A stretch of 64,000 nucleotides of DNA from Candidatus Eiseniibacteriota bacterium. GTDB lineage: Bacteria > Eisenbacteria > RBG-16-71-46 > CAVPCR01. A model generated the notes under the pieces. It saw only the letters and a list, made by a program, of their open reading frames with translations. It had not been told where the DNA came from and did no database searches. Below are positions 47,525 through 57,865 of the stretch, piece after piece; positions within the stretch are counted from its first letter, which is position 1; the number at the start of each line of letters is the position of its first letter. The stretch covers positions 768,001 to 832,000 of the forward strand of contig CAWGMA010000003.1 of assembly GCA_963823555.1 (NCBI GenBank), written 5' to 3'. The translations under genes and the position numbers were made by a program.

Positions 47525-48664
47525 GTGGTTCGCGATCAACGGCCGTGCGAAACGGATCAGCCCACGGGAGGCCCGGGTTCGGGGACGCTCGAGAACTGCG
47601 TCTTCGTCTTCACCGGTCGCCTGCATACGCTGTCGCGGGCATCGGCCGCCCATCTTGTGCGCCAGGCTGGAGGGATCGTCCGCGGCACGGTAACCCGTGA
47701 CACGGAGTATCTGGTTGCCGGTGAGGCTCATCACGACGTTGCCGGCCGCGGCGCAGGACGTCCGGCGCCCGCGAGCCGGAAGCTGCTGGCCGCCGAGCGT
47801 CTGCGCGCCGCCGGAGCCGAGATCCAGATTCTGCGAGAGCGGGAGTTCCTGCGCCTGATCGGGACCGAGGCCGTGGCCGAACATGCCGGCCAGCACTACG
47901 CGGCCGATGACGTGCGAGCGCTCTTCGACCTTGGAGCCGAAGAGCTGCGCCAGCTCGAACGCCTGCGACTCGTGCGGCCCGTGCTGCGGACGCATTCCGA
48001 CCGCTACTACACCTTCAAGGACCTGCTCGTCTTGAAGCAGGTGCGCGAGGCGCTCGACCACGGGATCAGTCTCGCCCAGGCAGCGCGGCGCATCCGGCTC
48101 GAACGCCGCGGCCAGATGAGCCTCCACTTTGAAACCATCGGGCCGCGCATCATCCCGCTGCGCCAGCCCGGGGAGGAGCACCTGTCCGCGGAGGATTGGT
48201 ACGAGATCGGCGTCGAGCGGGACGACGATCCCGAGGATATCCTGCCCGCGATGCAGGCGTACGAGCGCGCGCTCGAGCTCGATCCGCACCATGTCGGTGC
48301 CCTCGTCAACCTGGGGAATGTCCACTACCGCCTCGGGCAGATCGACGAGGCGCGGCGGCTCTACGAACGGGCACTGGCCGTCGATCCGCGGAATCCCAAC
48401 GTGCACTACAACCTGGGGAATGTGTACGACGATCTCGAGGAGTTCCGTGTCGCCATTCGCTTCTTCGAATCGGCTCTCCGACTCAATCCCAACAACGCCG
48501 ATGCCCATTTCAACCTCGGACTGGCTCATGATCGCGTCGGCAATGTGGAGAAGGTGCGCCAGCACATGCAGGACTACCTGCGCCTGGCCCCGGAGGGCGA
48601 GATGGCGGAGGTGGCCGCGGAGTACTTGAGTCTCACCGCCTGTGAGGACGGGGCTCCGGCCTAG
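47525..48664 (+). CDS. BRCT + MerR-type HTH + TPR repeat protein
   Basis: BRCT FVFTGRL..LSR...AGG....VTRDTEYLV.G...SRK...ILRE.EF; MerR-like YAADDV...RYYTFKDL; TPRs A..NLG.VY; AGGAGG RBS. Confidence 0.85.
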   Translation: MVRDQRPCETDQPTGGPGSGTLENCVFVFTGRLHTLSRASAAHLVRQAGGIVRGTVTRDTEYLVAGEAHHDVAGRGAGRPAPASRKLLAAERLRAAGAEIQILREREFLRLIGTEAVAEHAGQHYAADDVRALFDLGAEELRQLERLRLVRPVLRTHSDRYYTFKDLLVLKQVREALDHGISLAQAARRIRLERRGQMSLHFETIGPRIIPLRQPGEEHLSAEDWYEIGVERDDDPEDILPAMQAYERALELDPHHVGALVNLGNVHYRLGQIDEARRLYERALAVDPRNPNVHYNLGNVYDDLEEFRVAIRFFESALRLNPNNADAHFNLGLAHDRVGNVEKVRQHMQDYLRLAPEGEMAEVAAEYLSLTACEDGAPA

Positions 48665-48706
48665 CGCACCGCGGAGTGCTCAAGGGATGCGGAAGGGGGA
48701 GAGCGG

Positions 48707-50203
48707 ATGAGGCGTGCTAGCCACGCGGCGGGCGCCGCCAGCCGCGGGTGTCCAGGCAGGGTCGCCGTCGTCGGCCTGGTCTTCCTTCTCGGCGGGGCCT
48801 CCACTCCTGTCATGGCCGGTGATGGCGAGGAGGCGCCGGCCGTTCGCGTCAACCGCTATCTGGTCGCGCACGAATTCGATCGCGCCGCCGGAGTCTGCCG
48901 CGACCAGGTCCGTGACGATCGATCGGATCCCGCCCTGCGCGCCTCGTGCGCCCAGACCCTGGTGATGCGCGACCGCGTCTGCCTGCCGGCTCCGCCCGAC
49001 GCCGAGGCGCTCCATGAAAGCGCGGCCGGGACCAGGAACTGCGATGCGAGCTTCCTCTCCCGGGCGGCGCAGGATTCGATCGCGGGTTTGCTGGCGGTCG
49101 AGGTCCAGCTGGCGCCCGACGACATCCAGAGCTATCTGCTTTCCGTCGATCACGAGATCCGCTTCGGGACCCCGGATCGTCTGCGCCTTGCCCTCGCGGG
49201 AATGCGACGGTTCGAGGCCTCGGACATCCATGACGAGCTCCTGGTCCGACTCCAGACGATCCAGAGGCCGGGTATGGCCGCCGTGGCCGCGCGCGCGGCT
49301 CTCGAATCGGGACCGGACCCGCTCGGCTGTGACGCCGCCCTCAAGATCGCCGGCAGCCTGCTCCAGGCGGGTGACTTCGATCGGGCGCTCGCCGGCCTGG
49401 GTCGAGCACCGGCCGATTCGTCCTGCGTGCGCCAGAGAACCGCTATGGCCGCCTCGATTCTGACGGTCGCCGGAAGGCATCGGGAGCTCTGGGAGCTCAC
49501 GCGCAGAGCCCCTTCCGGTATCGCCACCATCGAGTACTACCGCTACGTGTTGCTATCTTCGCTCGCCGCGGCCCATTTCGATTCGTCGCTCGCCCGGAAC
49601 CGTCTCGACTACGAGGAGGCGAACCAATCGTCCTATCCGGAGCTGGCGGGCACATTCCTCGACGACTTGCGCGCCCTGCTCGATGAGCCGGCGGCACCCG
49701 GCGAGGCCTGGGCCGAGCTCGCAGAGCGCGATCTCGTTGCCGGCGTTCGCTTCGGCGAAGTGCGCGTCTTGCTCCGCTCCCTGGCCCTCCGCCGCAATCC
49801 GCGACTCGGATCCGTCGCGCTCGATCAGGCGAACGATCTGGCCAGCCGGAGCCAGCTCCGGTCGGCCGGCGAAGTCCTGGAAGATGTTGCCGGTGGCCGG
49901 CAACCCGAGCTCGATCGGCGCTGGGATCCACGCCGTCCGGAATACCTCCGCCAATCCGCAGTTTACTACTTCAAGGCCGATGACGATATCTCGTGCCGGG
50001 AAGTCCTGGATGCGATCGACGAACCGAACGCGACCGACCGGCTTCTGGCCGGAGCGGCCGCGCTTCGCGCCGAGGACTGGGCGGTGGCCAAGAGCCATCT
50101 GGAGCAGGTGAAGACCCCCGCGGCGGACGTCGGGCAGGTCGAAACCGCGAACCGTTTGCTGGCGCTGATCCCGGCTCGGGCACATGACGATGCCTCGCCG
50201 TGA
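48707..50203 (+). CDS. Hypothetical exported helical (TPR-like) protein
   Basis: 498-aa ORF, signal-like VAVVGLVFLLGGAS, Ala/Leu-rich helical repeats, several Cys. Confidence 0.6.
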   Translation: MRRASHAAGAASRGCPGRVAVVGLVFLLGGASTPVMAGDGEEAPAVRVNRYLVAHEFDRAAGVCRDQVRDDRSDPALRASCAQTLVMRDRVCLPAPPDAEALHESAAGTRNCDASFLSRAAQDSIAGLLAVEVQLAPDDIQSYLLSVDHEIRFGTPDRLRLALAGMRRFEASDIHDELLVRLQTIQRPGMAAVAARAALESGPDPLGCDAALKIAGSLLQAGDFDRALAGLGRAPADSSCVRQRTAMAASILTVAGRHRELWELTRRAPSGIATIEYYRYVLLSSLAAAHFDSSLARNRLDYEEANQSSYPELAGTFLDDLRALLDEPAAPGEAWAELAERDLVAGVRFGEVRVLLRSLALRRNPRLGSVALDQANDLASRSQLRSAGEVLEDVAGGRQPELDRRWDPRRPEYLRQSAVYYFKADDDISCREVLDAIDEPNATDRLLAGAAALRAEDWAVAKSHLEQVKTPAADVGQVETANRLLALIPARAHDDASP

Positions 50204-52112
50204 GCGCGGGACATCGGTGACCGCCATGGGTGCGAGCTGGCTCCTCGCCATGCACACCATGGTCTGCGGGTTGGTGCTCGCCGCTCCGGCCGCGGCGACC
50301 GGTGTCGCGGCCGCCGAGGTTGCTGATGCCACCGCGGATACGACGGGAGTGGCCGCCCTGCTCGCGGCCCATGCCAGGGCGCTGGGTGGGGAAGCGGCGG
50401 TCGCTGCGGCTGCCGGGTGGGAGATCTCGGGAGAGGTTGCAGCCGCGGGCGGGCAGGGTGAGTTCCGCATGATCGTCCTCCGCTCGGCGGCGCATCGCCT
50501 CGAACTCGAACTCGGCGCCATCAACGAGCAGAGCGGGTTCGATGGCAGGGAGGCCTGGGTCCACGACTTGAACGGCGTCACGCGCCATCTCCGGCTCCGG
50601 GAGCGGGAGGAGGCCATCTTGCGTGGCGCGCTCCTGGCCCAGGGATATCTCGGGGTGGCCGGTGGCGCCGATTCCCTCGGCCTCTCCCTCCGCCGCCTCG
50701 AGTCCACAGCGAGCGCAGACGTGCTCGAGCTCGCGCTGGCGAGCCGTGAGGAGGATGCCGGGCCGGGCCTCGAGCTCCATCTCGATCGGTCCACGCATCT
50801 CATCACCGCCGCTGTCTGGCACGATGTCTTCGGCACGGTTCGCACCGAGCTCGGTGATTACCGACCGGTCTCCGGGGTCTTGATCCCGCATCGCATCGAT
50901 CGCCAGATGCCGGGTGGTCTCGATGAGCAGTACCGGGTCACCATGGCGCGTGGTGTGAAGGATGCGACGGCATTCCCACCCTCCACGTTCATCGCTCCGC
51001 CAACCAGATCCAATGTCATCTTCGGCTCGGCTGAAAGGGCCGTGGTGCCGCTGCGCATGGTCGGCCAGCACATTCTCGTCGCCGCGCGGGTCAACGGCCG
51101 TGACGCCGGCCTCTTCTTCCTGGATACGGGTGCCGGTGGCAACTGCGTGAACCTCAGGCTGGCCAGGGAGCTCGAGCTTCCGGTGGTCGGCGACGTGGCG
51201 GCGGCGGGGGTCGGCGGCATCGAGACAAGTGAGTTCCGGCGCGTCCAGTCGCTCGAGCTCGACCATGTGCGCCTGGGTGAGCATGTCCTCGTGGCGCTCG
51301 ATCTCGAGCCGATCGAGGCGATGATGGGAGTCCGGATCGGCGGCATCATCGGTTACGACTTCCTGAGCCAGGTCCTGTTCTCGCTCGACTATGACGAGCG
51401 CACGTTCGTCGTGCGCCCGCGCGAGGCTACGTCTCCCGCAGGTGGCAGAGAAGTACCGCTACTCCTCCTCCGGAACGTGCCGCTCCTCCCGGGAACGGTC
51501 GATGATCGCTTCTCGGGATGGTTCCGTCTCGATACCGGAGCCAGCATGTCCCTGGTCCTGCACCGCTGGTTCGTCGAGGCGCACGACCTCGACGCGGAAC
51601 CGATGACCGGGGCCGCCGAGGCGACAGGCGTGGGCGGTACGCAGCGCCTCCAGCTGCGTTCGCTCGACTCCTTCACCTTTGGCGGAGAGCGCTTCACCGA
51701 TTTCGAGGCGGGCTTTGCGCTGGCCGAGGAAGGGGCCTTTGCCGACCTGGAGAGCGCGGGCACGATCGGGGGCGAACTCCTGCGGCAGATGGTGATGACG
51801 TTCGATTATGGGCGGGAGCGCGCCTGGCTCGAGCGCCGGCCCGCGTCCGCAGACCGTGGCTTCGGCTTCGGCGCGCGCTTCGACGGCGATCGCCTGGTGG
51901 TCACCGAGGTCCGGGCGGATCGTGCCGCGGCCCGGGCCGGGCTCCATCCCGGGGATCAGATCATCCGCGTCCGCGGCCGCGAGATCGACCGTTCGCTGAT
52001 GCTCGATCTCGCCGACATCTTTCGCTTCGCGCCGGATGAGGAAGCGGTCGAGATGGCGGTCGAGCGGAAGGGCGAGTCCCTGACCCTCACCCTCCACCTT
52101 CGTTCAGACTAG
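50184..52112 (+). CDS. Exported aspartyl protease (two retropepsin-like domains) with C-terminal PDZ
   Basis: FFLDTGA...GIIGYDFL and FRLDTGA...GTIGGELL; PDZ AARAGLHPGDQII.V.G; start uncertain. Confidence 0.85.
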   Translation: MTMPRRERGTSVTAMGASWLLAMHTMVCGLVLAAPAAATGVAAAEVADATADTTGVAALLAAHARALGGEAAVAAAAGWEISGEVAAAGGQGEFRMIVLRSAAHRLELELGAINEQSGFDGREAWVHDLNGVTRHLRLREREEAILRGALLAQGYLGVAGGADSLGLSLRRLESTASADVLELALASREEDAGPGLELHLDRSTHLITAAVWHDVFGTVRTELGDYRPVSGVLIPHRIDRQMPGGLDEQYRVTMARGVKDATAFPPSTFIAPPTRSNVIFGSAERAVVPLRMVGQHILVAARVNGRDAGLFFLDTGAGGNCVNLRLARELELPVVGDVAAAGVGGIETSEFRRVQSLELDHVRLGEHVLVALDLEPIEAMMGVRIGGIIGYDFLSQVLFSLDYDERTFVVRPREATSPAGGREVPLLLLRNVPLLPGTVDDRFSGWFRLDTGASMSLVLHRWFVEAHDLDAEPMTGAAEATGVGGTQRLQLRSLDSFTFGGERFTDFEAGFALAEEGAFADLESAGTIGGELLRQMVMTFDYGRERAWLERRPASADRGFGFGARFDGDRLVVTEVRADRAAARAGLHPGDQIIRVRGREIDRSLMLDLADIFRFAPDEEAVEMAVERKGESLTLTLHLRSD

Positions 52113-52118
52113 CGATCC

Positions 52119-54971
52119 TCAGCCGGACTCCACCAGGACGCGGCTCGTGTTTCCCTGCTTCGAGACCACGATACGCGCCGGCATCCGCTGCGCGAGCTCG
52201 GGGATGTGGGTGATGATGCCGACCGTGCGCCCGCGGCCATAGAGCGCTTCGATGGCGCCGGCGACGGCATCGAGATGCTCGGCGTCCAGAGTGCCGAAGC
52301 CCTCGTCGAGGAACAGGCTCTCGAGCGGAACGGATCCCGAGCCCCCGGCCAGCTCGGTCAGGCGCTCGGCGAAGGCGATGGCGAGCGCGAGCGAGGCGGT
52401 GAACGTCTCGCCGCCGGAGAGCGTGCGCACGGAACGACGTTCATCGGCATTGGCGTGATCGATGATGAAGAAGCGCCGATCCTCGCTCATGAGCGAGAAC
52501 GTCACATGGGGGAAGCCCTTCAAGTGGAGATTGGCATCGGCGGCCAGAACCTCGATCGCCTCCTCGTGGAGATAGTTGACGAAGCGGTCGGCTTGCAGAT
52601 CCCGGGCCAGCTGGCCGGCGAGCGCGGTTTCCCCCCGCACCGCCTCGAGCTCGGCCTCGATGGCGGCTCGACGCTCGATCGCTCGCTCGATGTCCCCGAG
52701 TTCACGGGCGGTGATCGCCTTCTTCTCGGCGAGATCGCGTTGCTCGCGGACGGCCGCCGCCCGGCGCTCCTCCACTGCCTGGCGTTCGACCTCGCCGCCC
52801 TCCGATTGCGGGAGCTCGAGGCCTGAAGCCCGGGCATGCGCCACGAGGGTGGCACGCAGAGCCGCTCCGGTCTCCTCGGCGGCAAGCGTCGCCTGCACGG
52901 CTTCCTGGCCGCGCGCCCGGCGCTCTCCGAGCGCCGCCCGGGCGGCGATCTTCTCCGCCTCCTTCGCCGCCAGCTTCTCTTTCACTCCCTCGCGCCTCGA
53001 GACCAGGGCGTCGCGTTTCTTTCGGGCGTTCCGCGCCGCATCGAGGGCGGTGCGCACGGCACGGACGGGATCCTCGGTGGGGCCGGTCGCTGCGGCCAGG
53101 CGCTGGTGGAGTTCCCGGGCGGCGGCCTCGTCCTCCCCGCGCCGGCGCGCACGGTCTTCTGCGGCGCGGGTATCGGCGTCGAGCTCGGCGAGCAGGCGAT
53201 CGTGCACGTGGCGGGCGGTCAAGAGATCCTCGGCCCGCTGCCGTGCCGCTGCCGCGGCGTCCCGGGCCGCGGCCTCGAGCACCCCGATATCAGCCAGCGC
53301 GCGCTCCAGCTCCGCGAGCGTCCGGTCGGTGGGCGGGGCGCCCAGGTAGCGCTCGAGCTCGGCCTGAGCGCGGTCTTCCTCATCGCCCAGTCGAGAGATG
53401 TCGCGCGTGATCTCCTTGGCCTTCTTCTCCTCTCCTCCGATCGAGGTTTCGATTCGGGTGGCGTCGCGAGCCGCGGTCGCGGCCTGTTCCCGGGCCAGGG
53501 TGAGCGCCGCTTCGGCGCTCGCCACCGCCGTCGCCGCCGAGGGAACAGCCGGCACGCGAGCCACGGACTGCGCGCAGACGGGGCAGGGTTCACCGGGCTT
53601 GAGATGCGCTCTCAGCTCGTGCGCGGCATGGGCGCGCCGGAGCCGGGCGAGCTCTTCCTCGGCACGTGTCACTTCGGCCTTCGCCGCGATCTCGGCCGCG
53701 CGTGCCGTCTCGAGCCGGGTGCGGAGGTCCTCGAGGCCGGCGCGCGTCGCTTCCAGGAGGCGTTCCCTTTCGCCGCGCTCCGTGGCGAGGCGGCGCCGGC
53801 GGCGCTCGGACTCGAGGTTCTGCACAATCTCAGCCGGCGTTTTGAAACGCGCGGCGATTTCCCCCAGCGCCTCCTGGGCGGTGGCGGCGACCCGGGCGGC
53901 TTCCGCGCTCGCACTCTCGGCGCGATTCACCGTGGTCGTGGCGGCGTCGATCTTCTGCTCCAGCTCGGCGAGCCTGGCTGCTGCCTTGGTCGCCTCGGCC
54001 TCGGCTCGCGCGAGGGCTGCCGTGATCTCGGCGTAGCGCACGGCGTCCCCCTCGGCTCGCTCGAGGGCAAGGTAGCGCTCCTCGTCATGCGGGATACGAG
54101 AGAGTTCGGCATCGATCTCGCTGAGCGCGCGCGAATCGGTCTCGAGGCCGCGGTCGATCTCGCTGAGCTGAGCCTCCACCTCGCGCTCGGCCGCCGCGTG
54201 CTCGGTGGCCGAGCGGCGCAGGCGATTCACCTCGGTCAGGGCTCGAGCCAGGATCTCGGCCTCCCGCGCCAGCTCGGTCCATTGGCGCTCGGCTTCCTCG
54301 CTCGAGCGAGCAAGCGCTGTGAGCTGGTCGAGCCTGGTCTCGTGCTCGGCGCGGGCTTCGGCGGTGGCGAACGCGAGCTGCTCACGTTCCCCCTCGAGAT
54401 CTCGCCCCCGCTGCTCACGCGCCGCGAACCGCGAGCGAGCCAGCTCGCGCATCCGCCCGTAGATCTGCGTGCGCAGGAGCCGGCTCAGGACCTCGGTCGT
54501 CTGTGCCGGCTCGCCCTTCAGGAACTGATCGAACTCTCCCTGGGGCAACACGACGGCGCGGATGAACGATTCGTAGTCGAGCCCGATCAGTCGCTCGACC
54601 TCTCGTTCGACCGCGGCCGCCTTGCCGGCCAGCGCCTGCCAGTCACCACCCTCCTTGCGCTCGAGGGCGGCCTTGGTCAGGACGCTCTTGGTGGTGCGCG
54701 AGGAGCTGCGCACCGCGCGATAGACGGTTTCGCCGACCGTGAAGTCGAGCCGCACCCGCATCGCCGGCTGCCCGCGCGACACGAGTTGATTGATGTCCCT
54801 GTTGAGGCGCGGCGCGCGGCCGTAGAGGGCATACACCATGGCGTCGAGGAGAGAGGTCTTGCCCGAGCCGGTGGCCCCGGTGATGGCGAAGAGATCGAGC
54901 GTGCGGAAATCGATCGTGGTACGCGTGCGAAAGCTCGTGAAGCCCTCGAGCTCGAGCTCGAGCGGGCGCAT
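52119..54971 (-). CDS. sbcC: SbcC/Rad50 SMC-family ATPase
   Basis: Walker A GATGSGKT, Q-loop LPQGEF, coiled coil with Zn-hook CPVC, LSGGE, LFLDEGFGTLD, ITH. Confidence 0.95.
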   Translation of the reverse strand: MRPLELELEGFTSFRTRTTIDFRTLDLFAITGATGSGKTSLLDAMVYALYGRAPRLNRDINQLVSRGQPAMRVRLDFTVGETVYRAVRSSSRTTKSVLTKAALERKEGGDWQALAGKAAAVEREVERLIGLDYESFIRAVVLPQGEFDQFLKGEPAQTTEVLSRLLRTQIYGRMRELARSRFAAREQRGRDLEGEREQLAFATAEARAEHETRLDQLTALARSSEEAERQWTELAREAEILARALTEVNRLRRSATEHAAAEREVEAQLSEIDRGLETDSRALSEIDAELSRIPHDEERYLALERAEGDAVRYAEITAALARAEAEATKAAARLAELEQKIDAATTTVNRAESASAEAARVAATAQEALGEIAARFKTPAEIVQNLESERRRRRLATERGERERLLEATRAGLEDLRTRLETARAAEIAAKAEVTRAEEELARLRRAHAAHELRAHLKPGEPCPVCAQSVARVPAVPSAATAVASAEAALTLAREQAATAARDATRIETSIGGEEKKAKEITRDISRLGDEEDRAQAELERYLGAPPTDRTLAELERALADIGVLEAAARDAAAAARQRAEDLLTARHVHDRLLAELDADTRAAEDRARRRGEDEAAARELHQRLAAATGPTEDPVRAVRTALDAARNARKKRDALVSRREGVKEKLAAKEAEKIAARAALGERRARGQEAVQATLAAEETGAALRATLVAHARASGLELPQSEGGEVERQAVEERRAAAVREQRDLAEKKAITARELGDIERAIERRAAIEAELEAVRGETALAGQLARDLQADRFVNYLHEEAIEVLAADANLHLKGFPHVTFSLMSEDRRFFIIDHANADERRSVRTLSGGETFTASLALAIAFAERLTELAGGSGSVPLESLFLDEGFGTLDAEHLDAVAGAIEALYGRGRTVGIITHIPELAQRMPARIVVSKQGNTSRVLVESG

Positions 54972-56146
54972 CAGGCCGTCTCCTCGGTGTGGGCTTCGGT
55001 CAGGAGCTCGCGAAAGAGAGCCAGGAGCTCCGGGCCGGGCGGCTTGCCGTAACGCTGCTCGTGATAGCTCTGGAAGAGATCGGCCGGGTCGAGACCGCTG
55101 GCCAGGCGCCGGGGCCGGTCCTCGCGCGCCTCGACGGGCTCGGTTTCGAGCAGGACCTGCACCGCGTTGGGCAGGAGCTTTCGCACCTCGTCGGCGAGCC
55201 CGGGCTCGGTGGAGGCGGCGGGGACCACGACCCGCAGGTAATCGTCTCCGAGCCCGGCGTCCGCGGCGGCGGCCACGAGTTCCGGCAAGGTGCCACGCAC
55301 CTCGCGGAGGCCGCGTCCCGCCCGGAGCGGGATGGGTGTGATGCGGGCCGGGGTACGGGGCCCCGTCACCTCGACCAGGACGACGCTCTTCTCCTGCCCC
55401 TTCTCGCCGAAGTCGAGGGCCAGGGGCGATCCGGCGAAGCGCGCCGGGGAGGGGGCGGCCACCGCCTGGGGGCGGTGGATGTGGCCGAGGGCGAGGTAGT
55501 GGAGGTTCCTGGGCAAGAGGGCCGCGGGGATCGCGTAGCTGTCGCCGATGTGGATCGCGCGCTCGCCACCGCCGACCATCGAGCCGTCCACGTGCAGGTG
55601 GCCGAGGAGCAGGCGGATCGGATGGGCGGCCAGAGCCTGGGCGAAGGCATCGAGGATCCTCGCCATGCGCTCCGCATAGCGCACGAAGACGGTGGCGGTC
55701 TCCTCCATCAGGGCGTTGGCCTCCACCATCTTGTGCTCGGGAATGAAGGGCACGGCTCCGATCGCCGCTTTCTCTCCGCGCGGCGATTCGATCACGAAGA
55801 TCCCGCCGGCGTCGGGACGGGCGAAATCGCTGCGCACATGGACATCGATCACCTCGAGCAGCGACGAGACCGCCGCCAATTTCCGCTCGTGATCGTGATT
55901 TCCAGCGATGACGACGGCGGGGATGCGGGCGCGACCCAGATCGCGGAAGAAGTCATAGACGATCTTCTCGGCCTCGGCACCCGGAGCTGCCGATTCGAAC
56001 ACGTCCCCGGTGACGAGCAGGCAATCGACGGCCTCGCGCCGGCCGATGGCGAGGATCTCGGCGAGCACCTGCCGGTGCTCGTCGGCGCGGCTCCGGCCGC
56101 CGATCGTCTTGCCCACATGCCAGTCCGAGGTGTGGAGGAAGCGCAT
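54971..56146 (-). CDS. sbcD: SbcD/Mre11 nuclease
   Basis: FLHTSDWHVG, TGD, GNHD, HLH, LGHIH, GSP...FGE. Confidence 0.95.
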   Translation of the reverse strand: MRFLHTSDWHVGKTIGGRSRADEHRQVLAEILAIGRREAVDCLLVTGDVFESAAPGAEAEKIVYDFFRDLGRARIPAVVIAGNHDHERKLAAVSSLLEVIDVHVRSDFARPDAGGIFVIESPRGEKAAIGAVPFIPEHKMVEANALMEETATVFVRYAERMARILDAFAQALAAHPIRLLLGHLHVDGSMVGGGERAIHIGDSYAIPAALLPRNLHYLALGHIHRPQAVAAPSPARFAGSPLALDFGEKGQEKSVVLVEVTGPRTPARITPIPLRAGRGLREVRGTLPELVAAAADAGLGDDYLRVVVPAASTEPGLADEVRKLLPNAVQVLLETEPVEAREDRPRRLASGLDPADLFQSYHEQRYGKPPGPELLALFRELLTEAHTEETA

Positions 56147-56158
56147 GGTTGGATGAAC

Positions 56159-57865
56159 CTAGCGTTCGAGCCGATCGAAGAGGTCGGAGATGGGGGTCGT
56201 GACCGCGGCGGGCGCCGCCTCGTCCGGTCGCGTCGCCCAGGCCGGGAAGGGGAAACGCACGACGAGGGGGATCGGGATTTCGGGCTGGAGGACGATCATC
56301 GTGCCCGGTTTCAAGATCGCCGCTCGCTGCCGGGCCGTGGCCGGAAGGAAGCTGTACTCGTCGCGACCGGCCTCGGCGGCATCGAGCCGGCCGACGACGC
56401 GGAGCGCCGAGTTGACGACCACTCGCCGCTCCACCTCGCTCGCTGTCTGCTGGGCGCCGATCAAGATGATGCCGAGACTGCGCCCGCGCTCGGCGATGTC
56501 GAGGATGATCTCCTTGATCGGACTCCAGCCCTCGCGCGGCGCGAGCTTGTTGAGCTCGTCGAGGAGCACGAAGGAGAAGGGCTCGCGGGCTCCCAGGCTC
56601 TCCTTCTCCTCGAACATGCGCTTGAGGACGACGCCGACCACGAAGCGCTGGGCGCGCTCGTGCAGGTTGTGAATGTCGATGACGGTGACCTGGGCGCGGC
56701 CGAGATCGATGCGATGCTCGGTGGTGCGCTCCACTCCTTGCCCGCGGAGCAGGTGCCCGACGCGGCTCGCCGCTGCCTCGAGCCGGCGCACGAAGGCGGA
56801 GATGGTGCCGGGGGCGGTGGCGCCCACCCAGGCGTCGACGCGCGCCTCGCAGAGGTTGCGCACCGCCTCAACCAGCTCGTGGAAGGTGTTGACGCGCTCG
56901 TCGCCGATCGCGATCCAGGGATCCTCGGCATTGCCGGTGTCGGCGGCCGCCCGCTCGAGCTGCGCCTCGACGCGGTTGATGAGGGACTCGAGGTGTCCGG
57001 CCTCGGAGTCGGCATCGGCAAAGAGAAAGCGCAGGAAGCGTTCGCGAGCGAACTCGCGTAGCGTCCAGTAGAAGGGAGTGACACCCTCCAGGCGCGACCC
57101 CGTGTCGGGGATCTGCGGCCCGGTGGCCCCGCGGCGCGTGGGAGCGAAGAGGCTCACGCTCTGGAACGGGCCGGCGGGAAGCCCGAGCGCGGAATAGGCA
57201 TCGCGCGCCGCCGCGTCGAGCCGAGCGTTCGGGCGGTCGAGAAAGAGGAGATCCTCGCCCTTCACGTTGAAGACGATGGCCCGGGCGTTGGTGGTCGCCG
57301 TGCCGAGCACCGGGGAGTGGAAGAGGTTGTAGAGGAGGAACGTGGCGTAAGTGGTCTTGGTCGCCACGCCCGAGATGCCGGAGATGTTGACGTGAGCGCC
57401 GCGGGTGCCGTCGAGGAAGTCGAGGTTGGCGTAGACCGGCTGGTCGTCGCGGCCGATCCCGAGGGCAAGGCGGCGTGCGGGCGCCATCTTGTCGAAGAAG
57501 AGGGCGACATCGCGCTCCTCGACCGCCAGGAAGACATCCTCGCCCGGGTGGGGCGGGACGAAGATCTCCGGTTCGACGCGGGTGACGGCGACGTGGGCGG
57601 CAAGGGACAGCTCGGCCGGCAGGAGGCCGTCGGTGACCAGGAAGACATCGGAGTCGAACTGCGTCCCCTCGTGTCGGGCGCGGACGAGATCGACCAAGCC
57701 GTAGAGATGGATCACGGTGCCGTCAGGGAGCGCGGTGCGGACGAGGACCACGTCGTCGAGCTGGAGATAGGCGTCGCGGCGCACGGCCACCCAGAAGCCG
57801 AGCGGGGTCGAGTCCTGGGTGCCGAGGACCTGGCCGACGAGCGGCTTGCGGCTTGCGGCTCTCAT
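56159..57865 (-). CDS. herA: HerA helicase/ATPase
   Basis: N-terminal HAS-barrel-like region, variant Walker A SGISGVATKT, FNVKGED, VLLDE, RGRSLG..L..AQQ; located between nurA and sbcD. Confidence 0.88.
   Translation of the reverse strand: MRAASRKPLVGQVLGTQDSTPLGFWVAVRRDAYLQLDDVVLVRTALPDGTVIHLYGLVDLVRARHEGTQFDSDVFLVTDGLLPAELSLAAHVAVTRVEPEIFVPPHPGEDVFLAVEERDVALFFDKMAPARRLALGIGRDDQPVYANLDFLDGTRGAHVNISGISGVATKTTYATFLLYNLFHSPVLGTATTNARAIVFNVKGEDLLFLDRPNARLDAAARDAYSALGLPAGPFQSVSLFAPTRRGATGPQIPDTGSRLEGVTPFYWTLREFARERFLRFLFADADSEAGHLESLINRVEAQLERAAADTGNAEDPWIAIGDERVNTFHELVEAVRNLCEARVDAWVGATAPGTISAFVRRLEAAASRVGHLLRGQGVERTTEHRIDLGRAQVTVIDIHNLHERAQRFVVGVVLKRMFEEKESLGAREPFSFVLLDELNKLAPREGWSPIKEIILDIAERGRSLGIILIGAQQTASEVERRVVVNSALRVVGRLDAAEAGRDEYSFLPATARQRAAILKPGTMIVLQPEIPIPLVVRFPFPAWATRPDEAAPAAVTTPISDLFDRLER

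Noticed and set aside
56159..57865. HerA as part of an anti-phage system (e.g. Sir2-HerA)
   Set aside because: Its partners are NurA and SbcCD, the repair context; no Sir2 or other effector gene is adjacent.
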